Assembly (NCBI GenBank): GCA_965205025.1
Contig: CBDBFU010000023.1
Coordinates: forward strand, 4,390-68,389
DNA: 64,000 nucleotides
Direction: 5' to 3'
Origin: Candidatus Poribacteria bacterium
Lineage (GTDB): Bacteria > Poribacteria > WGA-4E > WGA-3G
Below the pieces are notes generated by a model that was given only the letters and a program-made list of their open reading frames with translations, did no database searches and was not told the DNA's origin. The number at the start of each line of letters is the position of its first letter. Positions within the stretch are counted from its first letter, which is position 1. The translations under genes and the position numbers were made by a program. Of the stretch, positions 1 through 9,552 are shown one piece after another.

Positions 1-1048
1 TCTCTCTAACATTCATAAGTCCATAAGTGGCATTACCTGATTTCCCAATTATCTTTCCACCATAATCTATTTCACCAATCCTTCTGCTATAGAATAACGA
101 AATAGGGGCACGGAAAATACGACCATCTTCTTGAAAGAATGGTCTTCTATCTGTTAATCTTTGTTCAAGATCAGATAATACTATACCTTGTACTTCAGAT
201 TCGATATGACTAAAATTAGGGAAGAGTGTACCAATGATTCGAGTACTTGAATTAGGTTTATAGGATACATCTGCTCCAATATGCGGTGACACACGGTCAA
301 ATAAAGCCTCTGATTCAATTGTAGCATCATATTTAGTTGATATATAACCGATCAATTCATACTTCTTTTCAGCAACCTTTTGAATAAAATTCAGATTAGC
401 TAATGTTCCGAATCTATTTGCATCCGAGACATTGACTCCTGTATCTGCCCAAGTACTTGTTCGGTCAAGACTTTGATGACGACGGACTAAGTTTAACCCC
501 CAACTTTGCTCAGTTTTTTCAGGTAAGTCAAGAATCTTATATGGGATCTTCATTTCAACAGACCAAACTGACTTATCTATAAGTGCTGCAGCTGACCAAA
601 CACCATCCCATCCTATGTCCCCCTGTTTGTCATCAAGTTGTGTACCCAAGGGATTTACAGCAAAACAATAAGTTCGTATTTTATCATGATAGGTATCAAT
701 GTAAATTGCAACATGATCCTCAAACTTAAAACTCCCATCTTTCCGTGTTTGATTAGCTATCACTTGCGTATCTTCCTGAAAACAACGAAATCCAACATAA
801 AGTGCATTATCATCATATCCTATATATATTTGTGTCTGGTCTGGAACCGTTGTCTCTAATTCAGCAATTCGAAAATCTTCAATAGGTGTTATTTGCTTCC
901 AAATATCATCATCCAAATTACCATCTATCACAGGTGGGGTATCCAGTTTCTTTACTTCTATCGTTTGAGATAACACTATTGAAATTGGATTAAAGAACAA
1001 GACGCAGAAAATCAATAGACCAATTCGAAGATAGGTTATTTTAGTCAT
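1..1048 (-). CDS. CBM9-like/DUF5916-family secreted carbohydrate-binding protein (N-terminal ~349 codons; 3' end outside window)
   Basis: Absent from the ORF track because it is open at the window edge. Minus-strand translation from ATG 1046-1048 (AAGGAG just upstream) is stop-free to position 1. It gives MTKITYLRIGLLIFCVLFFNPISIVLSQ (signal peptide), then PPVIDGNLDDDIWKQITPIEDF, IYIGYDDNALYVGFRCFQED and YCFAVNPLGTQLDDKQGD, blocks typical of family-9 CBM-like/DUF5916 proteins. Confidence 0.6.
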   Translation of the reverse strand, partial: MTKITYLRIGLLIFCVLFFNPISIVLSQTIEVKKLDTPPVIDGNLDDDIWKQITPIEDFRIAELETTVPDQTQIYIGYDDNALYVGFRCFQEDTQVIANQTRKDGSFKFEDHVAIYIDTYHDKIRTYCFAVNPLGTQLDDKQGDIGWDGVWSAAALIDKSVWSVEMKIPYKILDLPEKTEQSWGLNLVRRHQSLDRTSTWADTGVNVSDANRFGTLANLNFIQKVAEKKYELIGYISTKYDATIESEALFDRVSPHIGADVSYKPNSSTRIIGTLFPNFSHIESEVQGIVLSDLEQRLTDRRPFFQEDGRIFRAPISLFYSRRIGEIDYGGKIIGKSGNATYGLMNVRE

Positions 1049-1265
1049 TTTTCTCCTTTAGTAATTATATCAATTAAAATAAAATGGCACTAAATCAATT
1101 ATGGTTGAGTAATATCTTGTATAATCGTGATTTCAACCAAATTGTTTAGTACCAGATTTCATTTTTATTTTATTGTATATGTTAAATTTATAGTGGTTTT
1201 TCGTATCAAATTGAATATTCATTTATAGATAAGAAATCCTGTTTTAAAATCTATTTTAGATCTTA

Positions 1266-1387
1266 CAGGACTTACGCATTTCATCTTAAAGTCCCCCTGA
1301 TAAGGGGGATTTAGGGGGTTAAAATACTGAAATGACAGCTTTTTAATTCAAATTTTACCTTTTTCTGCTTAAGTTGCGTAAGTCCTG
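1266..1387. mobile_element. 122-bp MITE derived from the IS at 22197-23286
   Basis: Perfect 13-bp terminal inverted repeats CAGGACTTACGCA (1266-1278) / TGCGTAAGTCCTG (1375-1387), identical to the IS termini. Flanked by the 5-bp direct repeat TCTTA (1261-1265 and 1388-1392). No ORF. Internal hairpin TCCCCCT-GATA-AGGGGGA at 1292-1309. Confidence 0.85.
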
Positions 1388-1389
1388 TC

Positions 1390-2424
1390 TTATACATTTA
1401 ATTCCTTTAAAACTGTAGTTGCTTTTATTGCCATTTCAGATGTAGGATCGCGTCTGACTATCCTATTTAATTGATATACTGCCCGTTCATCTCCGTCCTT
1501 TGCTAAAACCAACGCCTCCTCAAAACCCTTGTTAATATAGCTTAAATCTCTTGGAATTACAGTTAGGTCTACATCTCTCCAATAATACTTTAATTCATCA
1601 GAATCCCATTTTTCATAAACATCATCCCATTTTAGATTATTGAAAATATTCAGATGTGGCTCAAGCATATGCTCTGCTATCGGATCATCTACTGCTTGAT
1701 ACCGATTGTCAAGGGATACGCGAAGTCTATCCTCTGTTAAATTCGGTAGTGCTTTATGAATAGTTAATGCTGGGAAAATCAATGTATCACCAATTTCATA
1801 GTTGGTTGTATGCCATTCACCTGCTAACTCATCTGTATCAACACAGAGTCCACCAGCCCCAAGTGAAAAGTGGTGTTCCATCACATAATTTACTCTATGT
1901 GATCCTGGTAATACCGCTAAACCACCCAACTCAATTGGACAATCACCTACTGGTGCCCAACAGGTGTATGTCTGGAAATTACCTTGAAAATGTACAAAAT
2001 CCTGATGTATCGGCGTTGTATGTTCAGTATATTTAGGATACCAAAGTCGTGCAATCTTCTGAGGATGTGGTAATACCTCTTTACCTATGATTTTTTCCAC
2101 CATTTCAACGACTTCCGACCAATGACCTGACCGATGGAATGCTTCTAATTTGTAGACCTCATGGTAAACATCAGTGTATTCAGGATCTCCCTCAGTACAC
2201 TGTGTTGAAATATCAGCAATTCCATCCATTGGATCTGTGTCTGGAATTAGCCAACCACCCTTTTGCATGGTTGAAAGCATTTCCATTCGTAATTCCAGCA
2301 ACTTGTTCGGATCTTGCAACTTCTTGAAAAATAGATAACCTTCATTCGACATTCTTGAACGTAACTTATCGGGATTATCCATTATATCATTTGATATACA
2401 AAGTTCTCGTAGTTTATCTGACAT
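1390..2424 (-). CDS. phytanoyl-CoA dioxygenase (PhyH)-family Fe(II)/2-oxoglutarate oxygenase
   Basis: 344-aa ORF. HxD triad context TPIHQDFVHFQG and distal LPGSHRV are typical of the PhyH family. The TAA stop (1390-1392) lies inside the MITE target-site duplication. Confidence 0.7.
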   Translation of the reverse strand: MSDKLRELCISNDIMDNPDKLRSRMSNEGYLFFKKLQDPNKLLELRMEMLSTMQKGGWLIPDTDPMDGIADISTQCTEGDPEYTDVYHEVYKLEAFHRSGHWSEVVEMVEKIIGKEVLPHPQKIARLWYPKYTEHTTPIHQDFVHFQGNFQTYTCWAPVGDCPIELGGLAVLPGSHRVNYVMEHHFSLGAGGLCVDTDELAGEWHTTNYEIGDTLIFPALTIHKALPNLTEDRLRVSLDNRYQAVDDPIAEHMLEPHLNIFNNLKWDDVYEKWDSDELKYYWRDVDLTVIPRDLSYINKGFEEALVLAKDGDERAVYQLNRIVRRDPTSEMAIKATTVLKELNV

Positions 2425-2461
2425 CTAATTAACATCCTTTAAGGTTCTGACCAATTACAAT

Positions 2462-3095
2462 CTATGATTCGGATATCTTTCCCATAAATTCAGGAAAGAT
2501 AAACTTTTTCAAAAATAAAGTTCTGGCATAAAAAGCTCTTGATTTACTGCCATGACCAGCACCTTTAGTCCTTGGTTGAATATATACTCCCATTTCGCTT
2601 TTCAGTGCTGAGATACCTGAAATTGAAATGCTACTCCTTACAAGTTCATAATCTGATTTAACTTGGTTATATATTTCAGTGTCTTCTAAATCAAATGTAG
2701 TAATGCGATGAAGTATAGATCTTTCTTCATCCTTACTTTCCCATATTCTTGCTGCTACTATCATTTTCCTTAATTTACTTAATAAATGACTTTCTTCAAA
2801 ACTAGTTCTTTCGACATTATAGGCATCAATCATAGTAATTGACATAGTTTCCTTTACAGTTAAATTACCATTCTTTAGTCTTTTTAATGGAATTGTTTTA
2901 AGTTCCCATGATCCAAAATTCGGAGCTTGGGGATGAATTGGTAGGTAAACCTAAATGTCTTTCAAGAACATGTCCTGCCCATCCTTTATTGATCTTATTT
3001 CCTTTTACTACTGTGACCTGATATAAATCCGCTAATACACGTAGATCATGACCTACTATTGTATTTAATTTACTAATTGCTTCTTCTCTTTCCAT
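2462..3095 (-). pseudogene. MutH/Sau3AI-family type II restriction endonuclease, split by one frameshift
   Basis: ORFs 2898-3095 and 2462-2845 are pieces of one gene. The N-piece ends ...KGWAGHVLERHLGLPTNSS. Dropping one C from the C4 run (GGGG 2929-2932 on the + strand) gives NSSQAPNFGSWELKTIPLKRLKNGNLTVKETMSITMID..., the MutH/Sau3AI catalytic E-L-K-T-I-P block. About 210 aa when repaired. Confidence 0.7.
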
Positions 3096-3156
3096 ATTTC
3101 ATCCTATAGATACTCTTGAATTGAGGTAGCTTCAAACAGACTTAAGGAAGACTCAT

Positions 3157-4119
3157 CTATTCTTGATTGAGCAATTTGATTATATGATTCATCTTTTCAA
3201 TCATTATCCACTTACGGTTATTCTGTTCAGCAACTACTGCTGTTGTACCAGTACCTGAAAAAGGATCTATTATGATGTCATCTTCGTTTGTACCTGCCAA
3301 TATAATCCTATTTAAGACTGATGTCGGTTTCTGTGAAGGATGTTTCCCGAATTGTTTTTCTGATTTTGGTGTAAGTGGTATTTCCCACATATTCCGCATC
3401 TGTTTTCCTTTATTCATCCCTTTCATAGTCTCATAATTAAATGTCCAATTCTTTGCCTTGGAACTTTCATTATTTACAGCCCAAATGATAAATTCTGTAG
3501 ATTCTGTAAACATCCGACAAGTAATGTTGGGTTGTGCATTTGGTTTATACCAAACCAGCTGAGAGATGATTCTTCTGTCAAATATATTCTGTAATATAAA
3601 TCCAATTGTAAAGATACAATGAAATGAGCCAAAAATGAATAGATTCCCATTAGTCTTTAGAACCCTGAGCACTTCTCTGATCCAATTAACCGAAAACTGA
3701 AAATACTCATCTTTTGAAAATATATCCCATTGTTCTTGCATTGTAATATGTGAACTAAATGCCCAACCTAACCCCTTTTTTTTTGACATATTAAATGGAG
3801 GATCGGTAATACAACAATCAAAGAAACTATCAGAGAATGTAGGTAGAATCTGAAGACAGTCCCCGGTAACAATCTGGTTTACAGAAGTATCTGTATCCTC
3901 AGTTGAGAAAAGGGTTGGTGAGTTACCATTCCCTTCATCAGAAGGCTCATTTAATAACCCTTGAATATTTTTTTGAATTTTCTGTGATGGGTTCATTGGG
4001 TGGATACCAGTAGAAAGATACTGAATCAAATCCGCCTTTTTTAATTTTGAATATCTTTTGAATCCGCGTATTCTTAATTCTTCTTTTATATCTCTGACAC
4101 GCATCTTATGATAGTCCAT
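3157..4119 (-). CDS. beta-class N6-adenine/N4-cytosine DNA methyltransferase with N-terminal SAP/Rho_N-like motif
   Basis: 320 aa. Motif IV TDPPFN (aa 105-110) precedes motif I FSGTGTT (aa 287-293), which is the beta permutation. The N-terminus RVRDIKEELRIRGFKRYSKLKKADLIQYL looks like a SAP/Rho-N helix-extended-helix. It lies 61 bp upstream of the MutH-like gene on the same strand. Confidence 0.8.
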   Translation of the reverse strand: MDYHKMRVRDIKEELRIRGFKRYSKLKKADLIQYLSTGIHPMNPSQKIQKNIQGLLNEPSDEGNGNSPTLFSTEDTDTSVNQIVTGDCLQILPTFSDSFFDCCITDPPFNMSKKKGLGWAFSSHITMQEQWDIFSKDEYFQFSVNWIREVLRVLKTNGNLFIFGSFHCIFTIGFILQNIFDRRIISQLVWYKPNAQPNITCRMFTESTEFIIWAVNNESSKAKNWTFNYETMKGMNKGKQMRNMWEIPLTPKSEKQFGKHPSQKPTSVLNRIILAGTNEDDIIIDPFSGTGTTAVVAEQNNRKWIMIEKMNHIIKLLNQE

Positions 4120-4246
4120 TGATTTAAAAAACTCCTGTCTTTATTGAATGGAATATAAGAAAATTACTAATGATTTTTATTTAGTTATATTCAATTTAAT
4201 GATAAAGAATCAAATTGAATTTTATGATACAGTAATTAGAAACTAA

Positions 4247-5007
4247 CTAATAAGTTTGTTTTACCCAAGACCAAGTTATGGTGAGTTTATCATTTGGATC
4301 AACTGACAGAGGCTGCAAGTCCAGATCTTTTGTTACATCAACATAATTCGCTTTTCCAAATCCATCTTTACCATCGTTACCGTTCTTCGAATTATCTTTC
4401 GCATTACCTTCATCAAAAGTGTAGTGGGTATTAAGTTTTGGTTCATCACCAGAAAGTACTTTCTTCATGAATTCATTGATCTCTTTTTCAGTTCTTGCAA
4501 CTTCCCATATTCGAATCTCATCAATTAAACCTGTACAGAACCAGTTTTGACTATCCCCTACACCAATATAGAGTGGGGCATCGGTTGCTGCTAATTTCTT
4601 TGGTTTCAAATGGAAGTGACCCCATTTTTTTTCCCATCTATATATGTACGCATCTCTTTACCATCCCAAACACCAGCAACATGCTGCCATACATTCTGTT
4701 TCAATCCTTGAACATCAAGTATCTTCGTTCCTGGCCACAAGACAAACCTTAATCCGTTCCCATTCTGAATTATTTCAGGGAAAATGTAATCTCGTTTTCC
4801 ACCCCAATCCTTAGCAAGACATTCCCCATCAGGTGTATTCATATTCAACCATGCTTCAATTGTTATTGCGGTCTTAGGATTTAAACTATCACTATTTGGA
4901 ACTTCAATTGCTGTTTTACCATCTAATTCGAGTGCGAGGTTCTTCGCCCATATATTCATAGACATTAGACATAATACAATTATGCATAAATATACCAACT
5001 GTTTCAT
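4247..5007 (-). pseudogene. LamG (concanavalin A-like) secreted protein, split by one frameshift; carries the C-terminal KLTITWSWVK tag
   Basis: ORF 4606-5007 has a signal peptide plus LamG blocks (ITIEAWLN, WQHVAGVWDG, MRTYIDGKK). ORF 4247-4609 (TTG start) continues with the LamG end PLYIGVGD...FCTGLIDEIRIWEVARTEKEINEFM. The frames join if one nucleotide is added in the T8 run 4625-4632 or the adjacent ATTT. Confidence 0.7.
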
Positions 5008-5101
5008 GATCTGTCTCCAGGATAGATATAATCAAGAATTCATCTTACATTATCCTTGACTTCTCAAAATTGGTAACCTTGATCTATTTTTACTAATAGA
5101 A

Positions 5102-5998
5102 TTATGATGCCAAATCATCAAGCATTTGACGAATATTGTTTTCACCACTATCAATAAATAAAGGAGCTAAAGGTCCTCTACCATGTAAAGTTTGAAGCAA
5201 TGTATCAATCTGAATCATCCGTTGTTGAGAACTACGACATGCTAACCACTTTTTCACGAAATCACGTGCAGGTTTAGGATTACCAGTTCGAAGTGTCTGT
5301 GTACTCTTTCTCCATTCTTGCCACTTGAATTGAAACCCACAATTAGTACATGACAGTTTCTCATCTCTCTTTTTGAGACTTTTTCTATAAGCTTTCCATC
5401 TACGAATATAATTACAATCTATGCATTCTATATTTCCATTCCTATGAAAGGCTGTGCCAACACATTTAGGACAGGACAATGCAGATGAACGATTCTGTGT
5501 TTTGACTTTTTTCTCTCTTGGCTGTACCATAGGTCTACGAACAAGATTTCGGCAATGTGGACAGGGAAGTCTAACTCTCGTTCTTACAGATTGACTATAT
5601 GATTTCTTAGTCCAACTTTTACCACAATCACATTGATATTCGTCTGAGACTTGCAGTAGATTACCACAAGTAAAACAACGGGGTTTGTTTCTTAGTGCTT
5701 GTCGACAATCACGCCATAACAGTCTCTTAGAACAGTGTGGACAATTAAACCAATTCTCTTTTGTCCCACCTTCACCTGAACTGGATAATATATCAATCTG
5801 TCGTGGAACTTTAGATTTACATTGTGGACATGGTACACGACCATTTCTGTAAACATCAGCAACTGTTACAATATCACAACATCGATCATATAACTGCCAA
5901 CCTATATCGTATAATAGTAGATCGTCATAGACACCAATTTTAGCATACCTGTATAAACGACGTATTCTAATCGGTTTAACTCTCGGTGTCCAATTCAT
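5102..5998 (-). CDS. cysteine-rich multi-zinc-ribbon protein, function unknown
   Basis: 298 aa with at least seven CxxC/CxC pairs (CPQC, CPHC, CFTC, CDC, CPHC, CPKC, CIDC, CTNC) arranged as serial zinc ribbons, and very basic linkers. It starts 20 nt after the PIN-like gene stop on the same strand. Confidence 0.55.
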   Translation of the reverse strand: MNWTPRVKPIRIRRLYRYAKIGVYDDLLLYDIGWQLYDRCCDIVTVADVYRNGRVPCPQCKSKVPRQIDILSSSGEGGTKENWFNCPHCSKRLLWRDCRQALRNKPRCFTCGNLLQVSDEYQCDCGKSWTKKSYSQSVRTRVRLPCPHCRNLVRRPMVQPREKKVKTQNRSSALSCPKCVGTAFHRNGNIECIDCNYIRRWKAYRKSLKKRDEKLSCTNCGFQFKWQEWRKSTQTLRTGNPKPARDFVKKWLACRSSQQRMIQIDTLLQTLHGRGPLAPLFIDSGENNIRQMLDDLAS

Positions 5999-6018
5999 AT
6001 CTCAATTTCTTTATGTAT

Positions 6019-6393
6019 CTACAAAATTGGTAATCTTCGTACTCTAACGTTCCTATCATCAATTGTAATAACACAACCCTTGAATAAATGGTTCTCAATC
6101 GTAGGTAAAAGTTGCAATAGGGTTTGTGCGATCTTCTCAGGATCAGGTATAGATATACGAAATGTAATCAAACTTGGTTTACTATATCCACCTAATGCTA
6201 ATAACGAAGAAAAGTCTAAGTCCTGTGTGATAATCACTTGGTTATGTGTTTGTGCATACTCAAGGATTTGTTTATCTTCAGAATCCATAGGTAATATATC
6301 TGATACTCGATGAATATCCAATCCCTGTTTTCTTAATAATGTAACAGTCTTTGGTGACAAATTCATATCAACCAAGAAACTTAGCTTAGACAT
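6019..6393 (-). CDS. DUF5615 / Mut7-C-like PIN-fold putative toxin
   Basis: 124 aa. FLVDMNLSPKTV...LEYAQTHNQVIITQDLDFSSLL matches the DUF5615 family pattern. It lies 9 nt downstream of a DUF433 gene, which is the canonical pairing. Confidence 0.65.
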   Translation of the reverse strand: MSKLSFLVDMNLSPKTVTLLRKQGLDIHRVSDILPMDSEDKQILEYAQTHNQVIITQDLDFSSLLALGGYSKPSLITFRISIPDPEKIAQTLLQLLPTIENHLFKGCVITIDDRNVRVRRLPIL

Positions 6394-6402
6394 TCAGAAA
6401 TC

Positions 6403-6636
6403 CTATAGATTCTGTTCAAATTCAATAGTATAATCTGACACAACCCAAGCCGCATATTTCATTGCATCATAAATATCAGGAATTTCCAATTCGGGATACA
6501 TCTCTATAATGTCCTCACCGGTTTTCCCATTAGCTAATAGTTTAAGTATTACACTTACCGTAATTCGTGTACCTCGAACCACAGGTTGTCCAAGACAAAT
6601 ATTAGGATTGATATGAATCCGTTCTAATTTCTCCAT
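6403..6636 (-). CDS. DUF433-family putative antitoxin
   Basis: 77 aa. NPNICLGQPVVRGTRITVSVILKLLANGKTGEDIIEMYPELEIPDIYDAMKYA is the typical DUF433 signature. Confidence 0.7.
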   Translation of the reverse strand: MEKLERIHINPNICLGQPVVRGTRITVSVILKLLANGKTGEDIIEMYPELEIPDIYDAMKYAAWVVSDYTIEFEQNL

Positions 6637-6659
6637 ATTTCCCCCATGAAACTAAAACA

Positions 6660-7673
6660 TTATAGGTTAACCACTTTACCACTTTCTATACTTTGACTAA
6701 TAGCCTCTAATACCCGCATGTTTTGGTATGCATCTTCAAGACTGGCATGTGGTTGATTTCCGGCTTTAAGGGATTGTGCCCAATGCTGCATCTCTTCAAG
6801 GTATCCCGGTCTGGATATACCATGATATGCTGTATTCAGATTCCAATCCTCTGTCGGAGTATCCACATAGCCACCACCAGCACCAGTCCATGTCGGTACT
6901 TTGTAACGTCTTAACTTACGTGTTTCAAATACTTGGATGGCTTGATTATTTGTGCCTTTAATAAAGACCATTGCTTCCAAAACTGGACCGGTTCCAAGTG
7001 TCATAGTTCCGACACCACCATTTTCATATTTTAAATTGACTGACATTGAAACACTACTCGTTGTAGAATCAACTGTTCCCATAGCATACACTTCACTGAC
7101 TTGACCCATGAAGAACCGCATGCAATCAGTTGGATGGATAACTTGATCTAACATGAAAGGCCATGCAAATGGTGAACCTGCTTCAGATAGTCGTGGTCCT
7201 GGCGCAAGATACCTTGTATGGTATTGACATGCATTACCAAAATCATCTTCATCCATCAATCGTTTTGCAAGTGTATGAGCAGGTGCATGACGCCACATTG
7301 TTCCTACCATTCCTGTCTTTCCAGTTGCAACAGATGCATCAACTAACATCTTTGCACCTTCAGCAGTAGTAGCAGGTGGTTTTTCTGTATAGATATGGTA
7401 TCCCTTTTTAAGACACTCTATACCGATATCCCTATGGAGTTTGTCTTCAGGTCTTCCAACAACAGCAACTGCATATAAATCTTCGTTTTCGAACATTTCA
7501 TTGTAATCTGTATAATGTCTTAATGCCCCGAATTTTCTCGCATTCAATTTGGCTTTCTCTTCAACCAAATCACATGTTGCAACAAACTCAAAGTCAGAAA
7601 TCTGGGGTATACACTGCTGCAATATTGATGACATTCCTCCACAACCAATAAAAGCAATTCTAATTTTTTCCAT
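6660..7673 (-). CDS. Gfo/Idh/MocA-family NAD(P)-dependent oxidoreductase
   Basis: The track ORF runs to 7754, but its first 27 codons read into the MITE at 7714-7945. ATG 7671-7673 gives MEKIRIAFIGCGGMSS, the Rossmann start typical of the family. Confidence 0.8.
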   Translation of the reverse strand: MEKIRIAFIGCGGMSSILQQCIPQISDFEFVATCDLVEEKAKLNARKFGALRHYTDYNEMFENEDLYAVAVVGRPEDKLHRDIGIECLKKGYHIYTEKPPATTAEGAKMLVDASVATGKTGMVGTMWRHAPAHTLAKRLMDEDDFGNACQYHTRYLAPGPRLSEAGSPFAWPFMLDQVIHPTDCMRFFMGQVSEVYAMGTVDSTTSSVSMSVNLKYENGGVGTMTLGTGPVLEAMVFIKGTNNQAIQVFETRKLRRYKVPTWTGAGGGYVDTPTEDWNLNTAYHGISRPGYLEEMQHWAQSLKAGNQPHASLEDAYQNMRVLEAISQSIESGKVVNL

Positions 7674-7713
7674 TATTCTCCAATCTATACATAGTATTCT
7701 ACGTATACTTGTT

Positions 7714-7945
7714 ATACCATTTCTAATTGAAAATGTCTCTTTTTTGTACCACAAACTTTATGAAGATTAAGAAAATATTTCGGCAATTCTAATTTTCCCA
7801 AACCCGGTAGGTGCGGTTTCCTAACCGCACTGGATCTTATCTTTAAAATTACCGAATTTAAAAATTAATCTTCATTCAGTTTGTGACCTGAAAAATGACT
7901 GCCATAATAACCGTCTTATGAGACAATAATTTATAGAAATAGTAT
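7714..7945. mobile_element. composite nested-palindrome MITE (family A arms enclosing modules B, C, D)
   Basis: Outer inverted repeats ATACCATTTCT (7714-7724) / AGAAATAGTAT (7935-7945). Next level CACAAACTT ... CAGTTTGTG. Inner TATGAAGATTAAG (7759-7771) / TTAATCTTCAT (7865-7875). Then TTCGGCAATT / AATTACCGAA. Core hairpin GTGCGGTT-TCCT-AACCGCAC (7811-7830). Same architecture as 29786-30058. Confidence 0.75.
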
Positions 7946-7980
7946 GTGTACTGTAAATACACGATTAAAAACTAATTCTC

Positions 7981-8199
7981 TTATTCAGTTTTTTCAAATG
8001 TATCTGTTCTTGTTTTGACATTCCTATTATTAGATTTTGCACTTTCTCGTGCCATCCATTCAAGGGAATCTGCAACTTTTTCGTGAGCTTTCATTGTACG
8101 CCACCCAACAACCATCCAATATATAAATGTAAAAAAGAAGAATAAAAACATAAAAAAACTTATACCATCCATTGAATTCCTCCTATAATAATAATACAT
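7981..8199 (-). CDS. small membrane protein (hypothetical)
   Basis: 72-aa ORF with one strongly hydrophobic segment (ISFFMFLFFFFTFIYWMVVGW). No recognisable family. The start is ambiguous (M1 or M10). Confidence 0.35.
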   Translation of the reverse strand: MYYYYRRNSMDGISFFMFLFFFFTFIYWMVVGWRTMKAHEKVADSLEWMARESAKSNNRNVKTRTDTFEKTE

Positions 8200-8216
8200 A
8201 CCGAACTAACATTTAA

Positions 8217-9323
8217 CTATGTTACTTTCGGTTCAAATGGTGTTAATAAGAGTGATGTGTTCCCCGAAGTAATTAATTCAGAAATAAGTTTCCCAGTGAT
8301 TGGCGCAAGTAATATACCATTCTTATAGTGACCAGATGCCAAAATAACATTGTCAAATCCGGGAATATAACCTAAACACGGACCTTTTTTATAATAGGGT
8401 CTTAAACCTACCCATGTTTGGTCGAATTTACATTCAGCCAATTCTGGTGCAATCACAATTGCCGCATCGATCATCTGTTTAACACCATTTACAGTTGGAG
8501 TTTTGTCGTAACCTACCATCTCAACAGTTGCCCCCAGTAATATTTTTCCATCTGTACGCGGTACAATATAGATACCAAGACCGTCAATTGTTCTTCCAAT
8601 TATGGGTGTGACAGATTCAATTAATACAATCTGTCCTTTTGCAGGTAGAATAGAAATATCGAAGTCAAGATAAGAAGCAATTTTTCCAGACCAACATCCG
8701 GCAGCAATTACAAAAGTATCTGCATATATTGATTCTCCATTTACTTTTACACCCGTTACATGACCATTTTCTTGGATAAAGCATGAAACAGGATTACCTA
8801 ATAGAAATTCCGTACCATGATTTGATGCCCCAATTGCTAATGCCTTTACCATTTTAGGATTTCGGACATGTCCATCTTCTGGAAATAGTACTGCCCCAGT
8901 GATATTCTTAGATACAGATGGTTCTAATTCACATACCTCATTAGGTGATAATACCTCCGCTGTGAACCCCCTATTGACTCGTCTTTCTGCTAATCCAATT
9001 AACCCTGCAGCTTCTGTCTCATCAAAGAACACAGAAAGTGTACCAGAACGTATAAATTCAATATCAATATTAGTTTCAATTCTGAGTTCTTCAGCTAAAT
9101 TCGGATATAATTCAAGACTTGCACGACATAATTTTGGATACGGTTCATTCGTGGTAGCATGGGATGTTAATATACCAGCACCTGCCCAAGATGCTTCAAT
9201 TCCAACACTGGCAGCCTTATCAATTACCATTACTTTAACGTTATTCTTTGCAAGTTCGTAGGCTATAGAACAACCAATAATACCTGCACCGATGATTAAT
9301 ACATCAACCTTGTTCTTAATCAA
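8217..9323 (-). CDS. thiO: FAD-dependent glycine oxidase (ThiO-like, DAO family)
   Basis: 368 aa, TTG start. Dinucleotide fold VLIIGAGIIGCSIAYELAK. The C-terminal GLRPYYKKGPCLGY...ASGHYKNGILLAPITG is typical of ThiO/DAO. Confidence 0.6.
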   Translation of the reverse strand: MIKNKVDVLIIGAGIIGCSIAYELAKNNVKVMVIDKAASVGIEASWAGAGILTSHATTNEPYPKLCRASLELYPNLAEELRIETNIDIEFIRSGTLSVFFDETEAAGLIGLAERRVNRGFTAEVLSPNEVCELEPSVSKNITGAVLFPEDGHVRNPKMVKALAIGASNHGTEFLLGNPVSCFIQENGHVTGVKVNGESIYADTFVIAAGCWSGKIASYLDFDISILPAKGQIVLIESVTPIIGRTIDGLGIYIVPRTDGKILLGATVEMVGYDKTPTVNGVKQMIDAAIVIAPELAECKFDQTWVGLRPYYKKGPCLGYIPGFDNVILASGHYKNGILLAPITGKLISELITSGNTSLLLTPFEPKVT

Positions 9324-9552
9324 TGTCTACCCCATATCAAAAATATGATACTGTGTTGTCTTACAGAAAGTTGGTTGTAATATAACATATCTGTGTACCA
9401 CTGTCAAATAAGGCTAAGTGTTTATCCACTTATTACATCTTGATTCTTGAGTATATATCGTGTATAATTTCCAATAGTGATCAATACAGATATCTAATCT
9501 AACATAATGGATTACAAATTGCATTTATAGTCTAATCCGAAAGGCTTAATTA

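Noticed and set aside
7674-7754. 27-codon N-terminal extension of the Gfo/Idh/MocA ORF
   Set aside because: The extension reads into the left arm of the MITE at 7714. The internal ATG 7671-7673 gives the canonical MEKIRIAFIGCGG Rossmann start.
7808-7830. GGTAGGTGCGGTTTCCTAACCGCAC (also at 29895, 44682, 44938) as a tRNA fragment or integrase att site
   Set aside because: It is only a single 8-bp stem with a 4-nt loop. No cloverleaf, acceptor stem or adjacent integrase is present, and it occurs as the core of MITE-like elements.
9324-9552. Expected TPP riboswitch upstream of the ThiO-like gene
   Set aside because: I could not find the conserved CUGAGA / ACCUGAUCUGGAUAAUGCCAGCG-type elements on the relevant strand. 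The region looks like a plain divergent promoter spacer.
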